64,000 bases of DNA from Octopus sinensis (taxonomy: Eukaryota), in contig NC_043005.1 in the NCBI RefSeq assembly GCF_006345805.1, positions 50,778,001-50,842,000 on the forward strand, written 5' to 3'. The notes beneath the pieces were generated by a model, which worked only from the letters and a program-made list of their open reading frames with translations, searched no databases and was not told where the DNA came from. Positions 27,581 to 39,679 of this stretch are shown piece by piece. Position numbers and translations under genes: made by a program. Numbering within the stretch: position 1 is the stretch's first letter; each line of letters begins with the position of its first letter.

Positions 27581-27655
27581 AATGTTACTACACGTGTTTC
27601 AATAGCGTAGTTTTATTCAAATTCGAGTCCAATTCATAATTTATCATGTAACATT
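27581..27655 (-). ncRNA. Degenerate minimal type-I hammerhead
   Basis: Minus strand reads AATGTTAC-ATGATAA-...-GAAA-CACGTG-TA-GTAACATT, with a perfect 8-bp stem I and a palindromic stem III. Confidence 0.5.
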
Positions 27656-28042
27656 GCGAAAATTCGTATTGTAATCCACCACCCATTTTCTCAGATAATA
27701 TACATATATACAAATACATGCATACGTACATACATATATACACACATACATGCATACATGCGTACATACATAGATACATACATACATACACGGTCTCTCT
27801 CTCTCTATATATATATATAACTATATATATGTGTGTACTCACACACACACATATGTACACTTTTGCGCGTGCGCGAATGTATATGCAAGCTAGAACAATG
27901 CAATTACTACAACAATAGTGTAGGTAGGCGATGGCAGGTGTATATATAGTTAAAGATTTCGCTTCGCACAATCTGAATCGGATCCGTCGAGACTAATAGC
28001 TTTTGAATAAAATTCAGACGGTGGAAACCATTCTGGAGCTTA

Positions 28043-28079
<37 letters not shown>

Positions 28080-28092
28080 GTGTTTGTGTGTG

Positions 28093-28134
<42 letters not shown>

Positions 28135-28776
28135 GGGGTTCATACAACTGGTTCCTGAAATCTTCAAACAGTCTAGTCTGAATATCACAGTGACGCGAAA
28201 TTTCGATCGCGTGATAAACATTCAGTTACAATAAACTCCTGTAATTTCTATTTATATTTTTAAAAATTTAATTCTATTGATAATAGTTTTTGTTTAATTT
28301 TTGTTTTATTTTATTCTATTTTATTATTTATTTTACGTTAATTCTTATTTTACTTTTATTCTATTATGTGTTCAGTTTGATTTTATTTCAGTTTTATTAT
28401 TTCAATTTTTACTATACCTTATTTTCTCGCTATATCGTTATTCCATTTTATTTTTAGGCCAACATCTTGCAGACAAGTCAGAATTATTCTCCTCAAACTG
28501 TTAAAGGATTCAGTGACGTTTTTTTTGGTAACACTGGTCGTTTTGCCTGCAATGACTTTCCACATGTGCCGATGAAACGATACTACGAGCGTTGAGTACC
28601 AATTGGAAATCGGATATGTTAAGTACAGTGGCTTGCTGGGAAACTTCGAGTACTGCAAGTCAATGCACCATGTTTGTATGATATAATAAATATTTTCCTC
28701 CATTCTAATGATATTAAAATTCCTTCATTTGCTGTAATACCCGTGGTTAATTGATATAAACATATATGCCTGTAAA

Positions 28777-28966
28777 TGGCGACGCGCTGTGTCCTTGAGC
28801 AAGACACTTTATTTCACGTTGCTCCAGTACACTCAACTGGCAAAACTGCGTAGTACCTGTATTTCAAAGCGCCAGCCTTGTCACACTCTGTGTCACGCTG
28901 AATGTCCCTGAGAACTACGTTAAGGTTACACGTGTCTGTAGAATGCTCAGCTACTTGTACGTTAAT
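28777..28966 (+). mobile_element. SINE family D, internal fragment
   Basis: TGTGTCCTTGAGCAAGACACTTTATTTCACGTTGCTCCAG...GAGAACTACGTTAAGG. Confidence 0.8.
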
Positions 28967-28994
28967 TGTACGTTAAGCCAATTGCAGAAGATTC

Positions 28995-29320
28995 AACGTT
29001 GTATACCAATGCACTGATTACAATATAGTAAATAACTCCAATAGTTACTACACTGGATCTACCACAATTTTAAGTAAAGATATTATGCACATTTAAACTT
29101 GTTTAAATATAAAGAGAATAGCAATTCCACATCACTAAACATCCATGTAATTAATCATCTAATTAACAGGAAAGTACAATATAGACTTTTCTGGGCCTTA
29201 ATAGATTCTGATATCCCACATCAGGGCTAGCACTCCACTTGTGGACTCTCCTTAAAAGAAGCCCTCAAACATTTAACACAAAACTCCCCACAATTGCTTA
29301 ACAAACACAACGAAGCCTAT
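28995..29320 (+). pseudogene. Penelope-like GIY-YIG endonuclease remnant
   Basis: NVVYQCT...SYYTGSTT...RYYAHLNLFKY..NSNSTSL...LFWALID...TCGLSLKEAL resembles the C-terminal PLE pattern STxLS..W..CxLCLxEK. Confidence 0.55.
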
Positions 29321-29500
29321 TCTTCGTAAGCTTAGTACTTATTCTATCGATCAATTTTGCCGAACCGCTAGGTTACGTGATCGTTAACACAACATCGATT
29401 TTCAAATGATGGCTGTGAGACAAACACAGATACAAAGACATACGCGTGCGCGCAGACAGACAGACAGACACACACACACACACATACATACACACACACA

Positions 29501-29561
<61 letters not shown>

Positions 29562-29683
29562 CGACGGGCTTTTTTCAGTTTCTGTCTATCAAATCCACTC
29601 GCAAGTCTTTAGCCGAACCAAGGCTTCATGAAACACTGCCACGCCGGCACCTCCACACAGCCAACATTCATGTACATGTATAT

Positions 29684-29717
<34 letters not shown>

Positions 29718-29744
29718 ATATATATATATATATACATATATATA

Positions 29745-30038
29745 AAACATTATTGGTGAATTGAAGAAATGGAGCTGAACGCAGATTGAACAGAAATCGT
29801 TTTATTTCATTCTACACGTGTTTCGAAAGGCACAATCTGTGTTCAATCTGCGTTCAGCTCCATTTCTTCAATTCACCAATAATGTTTTAATTTCAATTAT
29901 CCGCACCAACGCACGGTTGCAACACCATATGGTTGTACCTCCAACCGTGCTGTTTACTGCTGTGATTTTTGCTACTAAGGTATCGCTTAAACTTTTGATT
30001 AATCTACTACAAGATTATTCATCTTTCTATTTCACATA

Positions 30039-30040
<2 letters not shown>
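29745..30040. mobile_element. Fold-back PLE pLTR-like element with HHR 3' half
   Basis: Inverted arms 29745-29792 and 29839-29888. Minus strand has GAAA-CACGTG-TA. The tail is homologous to 37075-37215. Confidence 0.65.
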
Positions 30041-30069
<29 letters not shown>

Positions 30070-30127
30070 CATGATATGTATGAAGGCAACTATATATGTA
30101 TGTATATTTACACGTATGCAATATATA

Positions 30128-30174
<47 letters not shown>

Positions 30175-30587
30175 ATATATGAATGCATAATACCTAATTA
30201 AGGACAACATCAATAACTCCTCAGAGGCGGCAAACACTATTCATAATCATGCTGGAGCGTGCAGGATGTGAATAAATAATGCAATTTTCTTTCTAGAAAT
30301 CTCCCAACAAAACGTATAAAGGACATATGATGCAACGTATGTATATATGTATGTATGTTTATGCGCATCCCTATAATTGTATATATTTCTCAAATCCTGC
30401 TCGAGTTGTGAAAGTTATTTTAGAGTGCAAAGCTTATAGAATTATCGATCAGTTTTTAACATGATTTAGAGTAACGTCAAATTAACAGCAATAATGCAAT
30501 CTACATGACACATGAAGCTAATCATTTTGCATACTAACATATATTATATATTATATATATATATATATTATATATAATATATATAAT

Positions 30588-31327
30588 ATATTTGTAAAAA
30601 AATGAAGTTCGAAAATGCTGCTGTATATACAATTTTTAATTTTTATATATACATTATAACATGTTCAGTTCCTGAAATGAACCTTATCAAAAAAAGTTAT
30701 ATATAAAAAGAGACAGCTCATGCCGTCAAACACAAGAAATTCATTTATAATACACACGGAGTCAGACATCTTAGCGTTCATGTATAGTTGATATATAGTT
30801 CATGTATAGTTGATATATAGTTTGAAGTATATGTTCAAAGTGTTCGATGCAGTGGCCCACGGTGGCGATACGTATTCAATACAAAAACAGATCAAAGTGG
30901 TGGAAAGCGAACCACCCAGCGAACTTCCACCATGGGTCATCACAATTGCTTAAGGTAAAAATGAATTCCTCGCTCTTTCGGAACATCAATCTTCTGTATT
31001 GACCGCTTTCCACCACTTTGATCTGTTTTTTGTATTGAATACGTATCGCCACCGTGGGCCACTGCATCGAACACTTTGAACATATACTTCAAACTATATA
31101 TCAACTATACATGAACTATATATCAACTATACATGAACTCTAAGATGTCTGACTCCGTTGTGTATTATAAATGAATTTCTTGTGTTTGACGGCATGAGCT
31201 GTCTCTTTTTATATATAACTTTTTTTGATAAGGTTCATTTCAGGACTGAAACATGTTATAATGTATATATAAAAATTAAAAATTGTATAATACAGCAGCA
31301 TTTTCGACTTCATTTTTTACAAATATA
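30588..31327. repeat. Long inverted repeat (arms ~320 bp, spacer ~94 bp) in a (TA)n tract
   Basis: 30588-30909 is the reverse complement of 31004-31327, with a few indels. Confidence 0.9.
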
Positions 31328-31395
31328 TACCTACTCGTATACGAGCTAATCCTATTATAATATATATATATATATAATATATATATATATATATA

Positions 31396-31433
<38 letters not shown>

Positions 31434-31675
31434 TTGTGCTGTTTCATTATTGGTGGGATCAACAAAAAGTTGCACTGCATCCACTGAGAGATAAATACGT
31501 TTTACGTTTCATTTAATAAACACAGGATTTAAATATGAGCTAGTATAAAGTTTAATGCCGCTAATGATACAATAGTCGGACGAACTTGTGTAGCGCGCTG
31601 TGTATTATCGGGCAATCAGTAAAGTTCATGTTTGTGTCTAAATAATTGCCAGATAATTATATGCATGCGTATACA

Positions 31676-31735
<60 letters not shown>

Positions 31736-31736
31736 G

Positions 31737-31829
<93 letters not shown>

Positions 31830-32255
31830 AACAGAATGAGATAAAAATCCAAGGATGTGAAAGATTTCAGAACATTTATAAATAGGTCTTACAGCTGTTT
31901 CCGGGATATTTTATATATCCTTCATCGGAGACGTTGCGACAAAATGGTTAAGCAATAGTTATTCTAGATAAAAATATGAAATAGAGAGTGAAGTGGAGGA
32001 ATGAAAATAGACGTGAGATATGCAGGGATATTGTATCTTCATAGTGTTCCATTATTTAAGCAGAATGATATACACGTATGATTCCTGTACTTTGTGATTA
32101 AGTTTCAATATTTCATATCTTATGTAGAATAACTATTGCTTAACCATCTTCTCACACTGTCTCCGGTGAAGGGATCATCGGAAACAGCTGTAAGACCTTC
32201 TATTTATAAATGTTCTGAAATCTTTCACAGCCTTGGATTTTAATCTCATTATGTT
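31830..32255. mobile_element. Fold-back element with an HHR in each arm
   Basis: Arms are 31830-31983 and 32109-32255. HHR motifs lie at 31886-31932 (-) and 32159-32196 (+). Confidence 0.75.
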
Positions 32256-32364
32256 AATTTTTTTTGTATATACACATGCTGATATATAACCTAAATTGGA
32301 CTCCTCATTCGCATAATCACCGAACCTGGAGATTAACTATAGTCTGTCTATAGCACATATATGC

Positions 32365-32672
32365 TGAGACCTCCTTCGGTCATGACTGACCATGGGATTG
32401 CCCCTAGAAAGTCCGGGCAAGCTTGTTTATGAAAGACCAACAGTTGCCCACGCATACCGGCCACCCCTCTTCACGCCACCAGTGTTATCCAAGGGAAAGG
32501 CAAGGGGCAATACAGCTTGGCACCTGTGATGTCGCAACTCATTTCTACAGCTAAGTGAAATGGAGCAACGTGAAATAAAATGTCTTGCTCCAGAACACAA
32601 CACGCAGCCCGGTCCGGGATTCGAACTCACAATCTCGCGACCGTAAGCTCGACGCTCTAACCACTGAGCCAT
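32365..32672 (-). mobile_element. tRNA-derived SINE (D-like head, different tail)
   Basis: Minus strand reads TGGCTCAGTGGTTAGAGCGTCG...GAGTTCGAATCCC...TTTATTTCACGTTGCTCCA. Confidence 0.8.
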
Positions 32673-33038
32673 ACATATACGTACATATATACATACATAC
32701 ATACATATAAAGTTATATATATTTGCAGATATACATATGTATGTGTTTATAAGTATCTAGATATTTATATACATACGACAGTGAGTTATTGATTAGCCTG
32801 AGAATATTTTCATGGTACCAGGAAATCTACTTTCCTGCGTATCACTAGACGTAGCCTTCATCCCGTCACTATCGTACGGGTTTAAATATGAAACTTTGAT
32901 GAGACTGAAATTTCTATGCCCTTCTTCTTCACGCCCTCTTCTGTTTCTTATAGAGAAGGGAAGCTTTTGTAAATTTTATTTATATTTGTAATCAATTTGA
33001 ACACTAGAGATCTTAAACCTGCGACTAAATAATTTTCA

Positions 33039-33142
<104 letters not shown>

Positions 33143-33397
33143 GCGTGTATGTATATATATATGTATATATATATATATATATATAAATATTTGAGTAGAA
33201 AAATGAAATATCTTTTTATGGATAATTCGTTTAACCGATACCTGGGTAGCAAATTCACATCAGAAATAACACGTTGAAGTTACGTGCCTAGGGCAGAGAG
33301 ACTACGTGTTTTCGTGTGGAAATTTGTGTGTATTTTTATAAAATTTATGAATAAATGAAAGAATGGAGTTGAACGACAAATTAACAAATTTCCTTTA

Positions 33398-33480
33398 TTT
33401 TCGACATATGTTTCGAAGGCTGCATATTCCTAATTGTGAAGGAATAAGGAGTACATTATGCCGCTTTCTCATCAGGAAAA
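33398..33480 (-). ncRNA. Type-I hammerhead ribozyme, intact core
   Basis: Minus strand reads TTTTC-CTGATGA-GAA...TTC-GAAA-CATATG-TC-GAAAA. Confidence 0.75.
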
Positions 33481-33560
33481 CAGGAATTTATGTCAACATC
33501 AAGATTCACAAAAACTATTAGAAAGTCTTGTGAATCTTGATGTTGACATAAATTCCTTGT

Positions 33561-33642
33561 TTTTCCTGATGAGAAAGCGGCGTAAGTACTCCTTATTCCT
33601 TCACAATTAGGAATATGCAGCCTTCGAAACATATGTCGAAAA
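33561..33642 (+). ncRNA. Type-I hammerhead ribozyme, intact core
   Basis: TTTTC-CTGATGA-GAAAGCGGCG...TATTCCT-tcacaatt-AGGAATA...GCCTTC-GAAA-CATATG-TC-GAAAA. Confidence 0.75.
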
Positions 33643-33977
33643 TAAAGGAAATTTGTTAATTTGTCGTTCAACTCCATTCTTTCATTTATTCATATATATA
33701 TAAATATGTATGAGTGTGTTTGTGCGTGTGTGTATCTATGTATGTATATATACAAAGCACGGGGGTTTAGTTCACAGGTGATCTAAACGATTAGGTACGC
33801 TAGGTAACTGCTGTAACGGATTACTAGGGCTCCAAGATTATAGCCAAGACGATAGTTATGGAGCCATTGCAGATTTTCGATGCCCTGGATATATAATTGT
33901 TAAAAGTGGACAGCAAACGTTAATGCAAGGTAAATGTCTCAAGTCGTATACATTATTATTATTGGAAAAAATTCAAA

Positions 33978-34033
33978 GTCTTACAGCTGTTTCTGGGATA
34001 TCCCCAAGTATGGGATATTCCGTCATCAGAGAC
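33978..34033 (-). ncRNA. Type-I hammerhead ribozyme, intact core
   Basis: Minus strand reads GTCT-CTGATGA-CGGAATATCCC-atacttg-GGGATATCCCA-GAAA-CAGCTG-TA-AGAC. Confidence 0.7.
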
Positions 34034-34127
34034 AAATAGGGAAAAAAACAGGAAAACAGGGAAAAGGAGAATGGAATATATTAAGGAAATGAGGACATAG
34101 TGAGAGGGAGTAAAGGAATAAGGAGAT

Positions 34128-34165
<38 letters not shown>

Positions 34166-34202
34166 AAAAAGTTCATAGTTCCCATAAACAGCTGCAAGAC
34201 TG

Positions 34203-34240
<38 letters not shown>

Positions 34241-35007
34241 AGTTGCCAGAATCTTTAACACGCCGGCATAGTGCTTAGCAATATTTCGTCCGACCTTGCG
34301 TTTCATCCTTTCGCCTTCGATAAAATAAGGAGCATGTGATACCTGGGGTAGATGTAACTGGCTTATTTCATAGCACGAAATCACTCGCCTTTTAATAAAA
34401 TTTGAAATCACTTTATACACCGCGTATTTCAATGCGCTCGATCTATTCTGTATAAGGTTCTTTTAATCACAATAAAACATTCTTTTGGCAGAGACATTAA
34501 CTACATATGTGCCGCGCTCCTTCACTTCTTGGTCCTTGATATATCCATATCTTTTACAGGCATTTCTTGGAACCATAAAACCATTATGTTTACACTTCAC
34601 AGGCAGCTGTGGGTGGATTTCGCTACTTACTGTACTTACTTTCAGCTTACAGAAGATGCATCACCAAAGTCATATATACTTGAAAGTATTCAGAAATCAG
34701 AGCGGCTAAGGTTTGATTTAGTAACACGTATAACTTAATTGGCAATCAAGATCAAACTTACAACATACTGACTAGAGGGAGAAAACGGAGAGTGGTGCAC
34801 CAACATCTAATTTTCTCACCTATACGAAACTTCATTAAACATATAACCTCTGGAAGTGAAGCTCGCGCAAATTCACTTATACACACATACATACGTTCGT
34901 ACGTACGTACGTAGATACATACATACATACATACGTACGTACGTACATACATATATACGTACATACATATATACGTACATACATACGTACGTACATACAT
35001 ATATACG

Positions 35008-35040
<33 letters not shown>

Positions 35041-35059
35041 ACATACATACATACATACA

Positions 35060-35092
<33 letters not shown>

Positions 35093-35588
35093 TCGGAAAG
35101 TGTTAACATTTGATTGAACTTATAACCTCGAGATAACAGGTTCGAAATACAGACACAAACATATGCCGACAAAAATATATTAAAAAAATCATACAATGAT
35201 ATATATGTATACATACATAGTTGGAGAGAGAGAGGGAAGAGAGAGAAAGAGAGAGAAAGAGAGAGATACATATATATAGTTCCATTCTGAGGATAGTTGA
35301 TCTCGAAGCAGAGAAATCTATAAACAATAGCGTGCAAAGATTGTGTTAAAAACACCTTTGGATAGAGAGGTGTCGAAGGCTGCCAGTGTTCACAGGAGTT
35401 GTGGGTTCGAGTGCTACTGGCTACCTTCCACATTTGTTTCTTCAAAGAGAGTTTTAACCCAATATTGACACCTATTATATTTACATTCGTAGTCAACGAT
35501 ATTCCGAGATTTGATTATGTCACATTCTCTCGATCTTTATGAATACTTATGACGTCAACACAAACGCACACACACCACGCATATATAT

Positions 35589-35634
<46 letters not shown>

Positions 35635-35702
35635 CTATCTATCTATCTACCTACCTATCTATCTGTCTGTCTGTCTATCTACTTATCTCTTTATATATAT
35701 AT

Positions 35703-35772
<70 letters not shown>

Positions 35773-36039
35773 GATAATAAATAATAAATAAAATATATGC
35801 ATATATACATACATATATGTTCGTACCTACCTCTACATGTATATATACATGCATATATGAGTACAGGACACACCAAAAAAAAAAACGTCGAACACAATGA
35901 GAAACGAAAACATAAACACAAAACCAAGGAAATAGACATTTTTCTTAGACAACGAAAAAATAGAGTACAGGACATACAATATAAGGAAAAGCCCCCTTCT
36001 TCAGTCGCCTTTGTTTCATCTACTCCGCATTTCGAAGTG

Positions 36040-36335
36040 CCTCAAGACTGGATTGAGGTCATTTTAGTCTCCTTGTATACAGCGGAGCCAAAGGATCTGT
36101 GTGGTAATTTTCGTGGGATTTTGTGGTTGGAAAGGTACTTGCTCGCATTTTCTTAGAACGCGTAAATACTTTTATAGTTCCAAATATAGTTACTGAGTCT
36201 CAGTGTGGTTTTCGTTCCTCCAGGGGCACGGCTGATTGTATCTTTACTGTCAGACAATTAATAGAAAAGTGCATTGAACAGAATCTTGCTCTATACCTGC
36301 CGTGTTGATTTGAGCAAAGCATTCGATACTGCAAA
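36040..36335 (+). pseudogene. RTE-clade LINE reverse transcriptase fragment
   Basis: ORF 36123-36308 reads VGKVLARIFLER...ESQCGFRSSRGTADCIFTVRQLIEKCIEQN, followed out of frame by VDLSKAFDT. Confidence 0.85.
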
Positions 36336-36432
36336 TACATTCGATAGTGCTAAGGTGTAGGTACAGGAGGTGGTCAAACTCTGCATAAGAAGTAGACAAT
36401 CACAATATATATATATATATATATATATAGAT

Positions 36433-36477
<45 letters not shown>

Positions 36478-36479
36478 TT

Positions 36480-36840
36480 TACTTTCTTACTCGTTTCAGT
36501 CATTTGACTGTGGCCATGCTGGAACACCACATTTAGTCGCACAAATCGACCCCAGGACTTACTTATTCTCTCGGGCTCTTTTGTCGATCCGCTAAGTTTC
36601 AGGGACGTAAACACACCAACGTCGGTTGTCAAACGATGGAGGCGGGAATAAACACAGAGCCACACACACAAATATACTCATATATACAATGGGCTCCTTT
36701 CAGTCCCGTCTACCAAATCAACTCACAATGTCTTGGTCGGCCCGAGGTTATAATAGGAGAAATTTGTCCAAAGTATCACGCAGTGGGACTGAACCCGGAA
36801 CCATGTGATTGGCAAGCAAGCTTCTTACCTCACAGCCACG
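36480..36840 (-). mobile_element. SINE family B
   Basis: GACTGTGGCCATGCTGG...CAGTGGGACTGAACCCGGAACC...CACAGCCAC. Confidence 0.8.
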
Positions 36841-36874
36841 CATATATATATATATATATATATATATCTATATA

Positions 36875-37466
36875 TATAAGTATATGAAAGAATGGAGTTG
36901 AACGACTTGTTAACATATTTCCTTTATTTTCGACATATGTTTCGAAGGCTGCATATTCCTAATTCCTTAAAATTAGGAATATGCAGCGTTCGAACATATG
37001 TCGAAAATAAAGGAAATTTGTTAACAAGTCGTTCAACTCCATTCTTTCATATACTTATAATTTTAAAATAAACATACAAATTTCCGCACGAAAGCACGTA
37101 GTCTATGCCCTAGGGACGTAACTTCAACCGTGTTCTTTCTGATGTGAATTTGCTACCCAGGTATCGGTTATCTTTCGAATTATCCTTAATAAGATAATTC
37201 ATTCAACTACTCAAATATATATATCAGAAAGAACACGGTTGAAGTTACGTCCCTAGGGCATAGACTACGTGCTTTCGTGCGGAAATTTGTATGTTTATTT
37301 TAAAATTATAAGTATATGAAAGAATGGAGTTGAACGACTTGTTAACAAATTTCCTTTATTTTCGACATATGTTTCGAACGCTGCATATTCCTAATTTTAA
37401 GGAATTAGGAATTAGGAATATGCAGCCTTCGAAACATATGTCGAAAATAAAGGAAATATGTTAACA
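36875..37466. repeat. Nested palindrome of the 33186 family
   Basis: Palindrome 36875-37059. In addition, 37223-37466 is the reverse complement of 36908-37143. Confidence 0.85.
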
Positions 37467-37501
37467 TATATATATATATGTTAACATATATATATATTAA
37501 C

Positions 37502-37535
<34 letters not shown>

Positions 37536-37549
37536 CGTATCTTTTTTCT

Positions 37550-37900
37550 TATCTTTTTATTTGTTTCAGCGATTAGACTGCGGCCATACTGGAGTACCGC
37601 CTTGGATTTTTTGTCGAATGAATCAACTCCAGTCCTTTTTTTTTTCGAAGCCTGGTACTTATATCCGTCGTTTTTGCCGAACGACTAAGTTACAGTGACG
37701 TGAGTACACCAACACCGGTTGTGTAGCAGGGCGGGAGAGGGACAAACATGCATACACACACACACAGAGATATATATATATAGACGACGGGCTTCTTTCA
37801 GTTTCCGTCTACCAAATCTACTCACAAGGCATTGGTCGACCCGAGGCTATTGCGGAAGACACTTGCCCAAGGAGTCACGCAGTGATACTGAAGCCAGAAC
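37550..37900 (-). mobile_element. SINE family B
   Basis: GACTGCGGCCATACTGG...CAGTTTCCGTCTACCAAATCTACTCACAAGGC. Confidence 0.8.
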
Positions 37901-38332
37901 CATATATAGAATGTATATAGAATGTGTATGTATTTGTACATAAAGGAATTGGCTGGATCAACATATCACAATATCTGCTTTTGTTATCTAAAGAATCTTC
38001 AAGATTATATTCAATTATATTTATAAGGAACAACATGTTTTCTTTGGAATATATATAGTAGGTAGTGGTTGTGTTTTGAGAGCTAATAAGTGGCTGCGAT
38101 TGAGAAATCAGAGAGGTACTGGCTGGTGATGGGTTGTTGGTAGTGTACACATGTTTAATATCGGAATTTTCTTTAAAATTTACCCTTTTCAAACTTTTTT
38201 TTATTCTTAAACTCATACGCAATTATAATTGCACGGTTCATATAACTGTAAAATATAATTTTCCATCTTTATCTGCATACATAAATATAATTTATGATTT
38301 AATCTACATCTTATTTCTCTCTCTCTCTCTCT

Positions 38333-38370
<38 letters not shown>

Positions 38371-38390
38371 CATACACACATACACACATG

Positions 38391-38437
<47 letters not shown>

Positions 38438-39109
38438 ATATATAATATGCATAAATGAATATATATGTATATGCACATATGTATATACGCATAAAATCAT
38501 ACATACACATATACCTACATATCACACACACATGCATACAAATCACACACACACACACACACACACACACCACACACACACACACACACATATGTACATT
38601 TATTTATTTTTCCATATATTCATATTTAATTTCTTCTACGAAGCCGCAAACACACTGCCACTTCCAAACCGCTTTTCATTAGTTTGTCACACGATTGACA
38701 TCTAATGGCGCTTATTCCGTATCCAATCAAAATTTGTGACGACATTTAAAGATCTTCCATATGCTGTGTGTGTATATATATATTATATATGATTTTATTA
38801 GGTAGTTTAGCAATGTATCTCCAAAAAGGAAAATTATCCTTGTCATTAAATACGATTGTGTTACAATACCTACAATGCTAGAAATAAGCGCTAAAGTGCT
38901 CTGATGCTGCAATGAACGCACATAATTATATACATATATACTGACAACAACCGTAAACTGATGATGGTATTGATATCAGTGGTTCTTCCTACTTAGACGA
39001 CTGCGTGCTCGTAGTAGCTTTGTCTACGTATGACATTTTTATGTAGAAACAAATTTTATTGAAATAGAAATTATCACCAACAATATAATATCCCATATCA
39101 AATTGACTA

Positions 39110-39670
39110 CAACGACCTTTGTTTCTAAACGAATCATCACTGATGATGAAAAGTGGTTTGTCTACAATAACAACAATCGAAAACGATGATGGTCCAAGCG
39201 TAATGAACCAACACAAACCGCATTGAAAGTTGAATTGCATCAAAATAAGATCATGCTGTCAATCTGGTCGGATTACAAAGGTGTTCTGTATTTTGAGCTG
39301 CTTCCAAGGAACCAAATGATCAATTCAGATGTTTACTGTCAACCTCTAATGAAACTGGAGGAAGCAATCAAAAAAAAACGACCAGAATTAGCAAATCGTA
39401 AAGGAATCGTCTTCCACCATGACAACGTTAAACCACACGTATTTGCTAACTCGTGAAAAATTATTGTAGCTTGGTTGGGAAGTGAAGTCACATCCACCAT
39501 ATAGCCCTGAACTTGAACCGTTTATTTCGAAGTTTGCAAAATTCTCTGAATAGTAAAACTTTCAATAATGATGATGATCTGAAATTGCACTTGCTTCAGT
39601 TTTAGGCTGATAAGGACCAGAATTTCTATGAGCGCGGAATCATGAAGTTGCCAGAAAGATGGAAAAGGTC
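39110..39670 (+). pseudogene. mariner (DD34D) transposase fragment
   Basis: RIITDDEKW, KIMLSIWSDYKGVLYFELL, FHHDNVKPH, HPPYSPEL and FYERGIMKLPERW, with stops and frameshifts. Confidence 0.9.
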
Positions 39671-39679
39671 ATATTTCAC

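Larger units (their letters stand above)
33186..33693. mobile_element. Fold-back PLE pLTR-like element
   Basis: Arms are 33347-33511 and 33528-33693. A unique tail at 33186-33346 is shared with 37060-37216. Flanked by (TA)n. Confidence 0.8.

Noticed and set aside
38958-38986. CTGATGA followed by a hairpin (TGGTAT/ATATCA)
   Set aside because: No GAAA or stem III follows, and the sequence runs into a hAT-like CAGTGGTTCT end. Half a motif cannot be supported.
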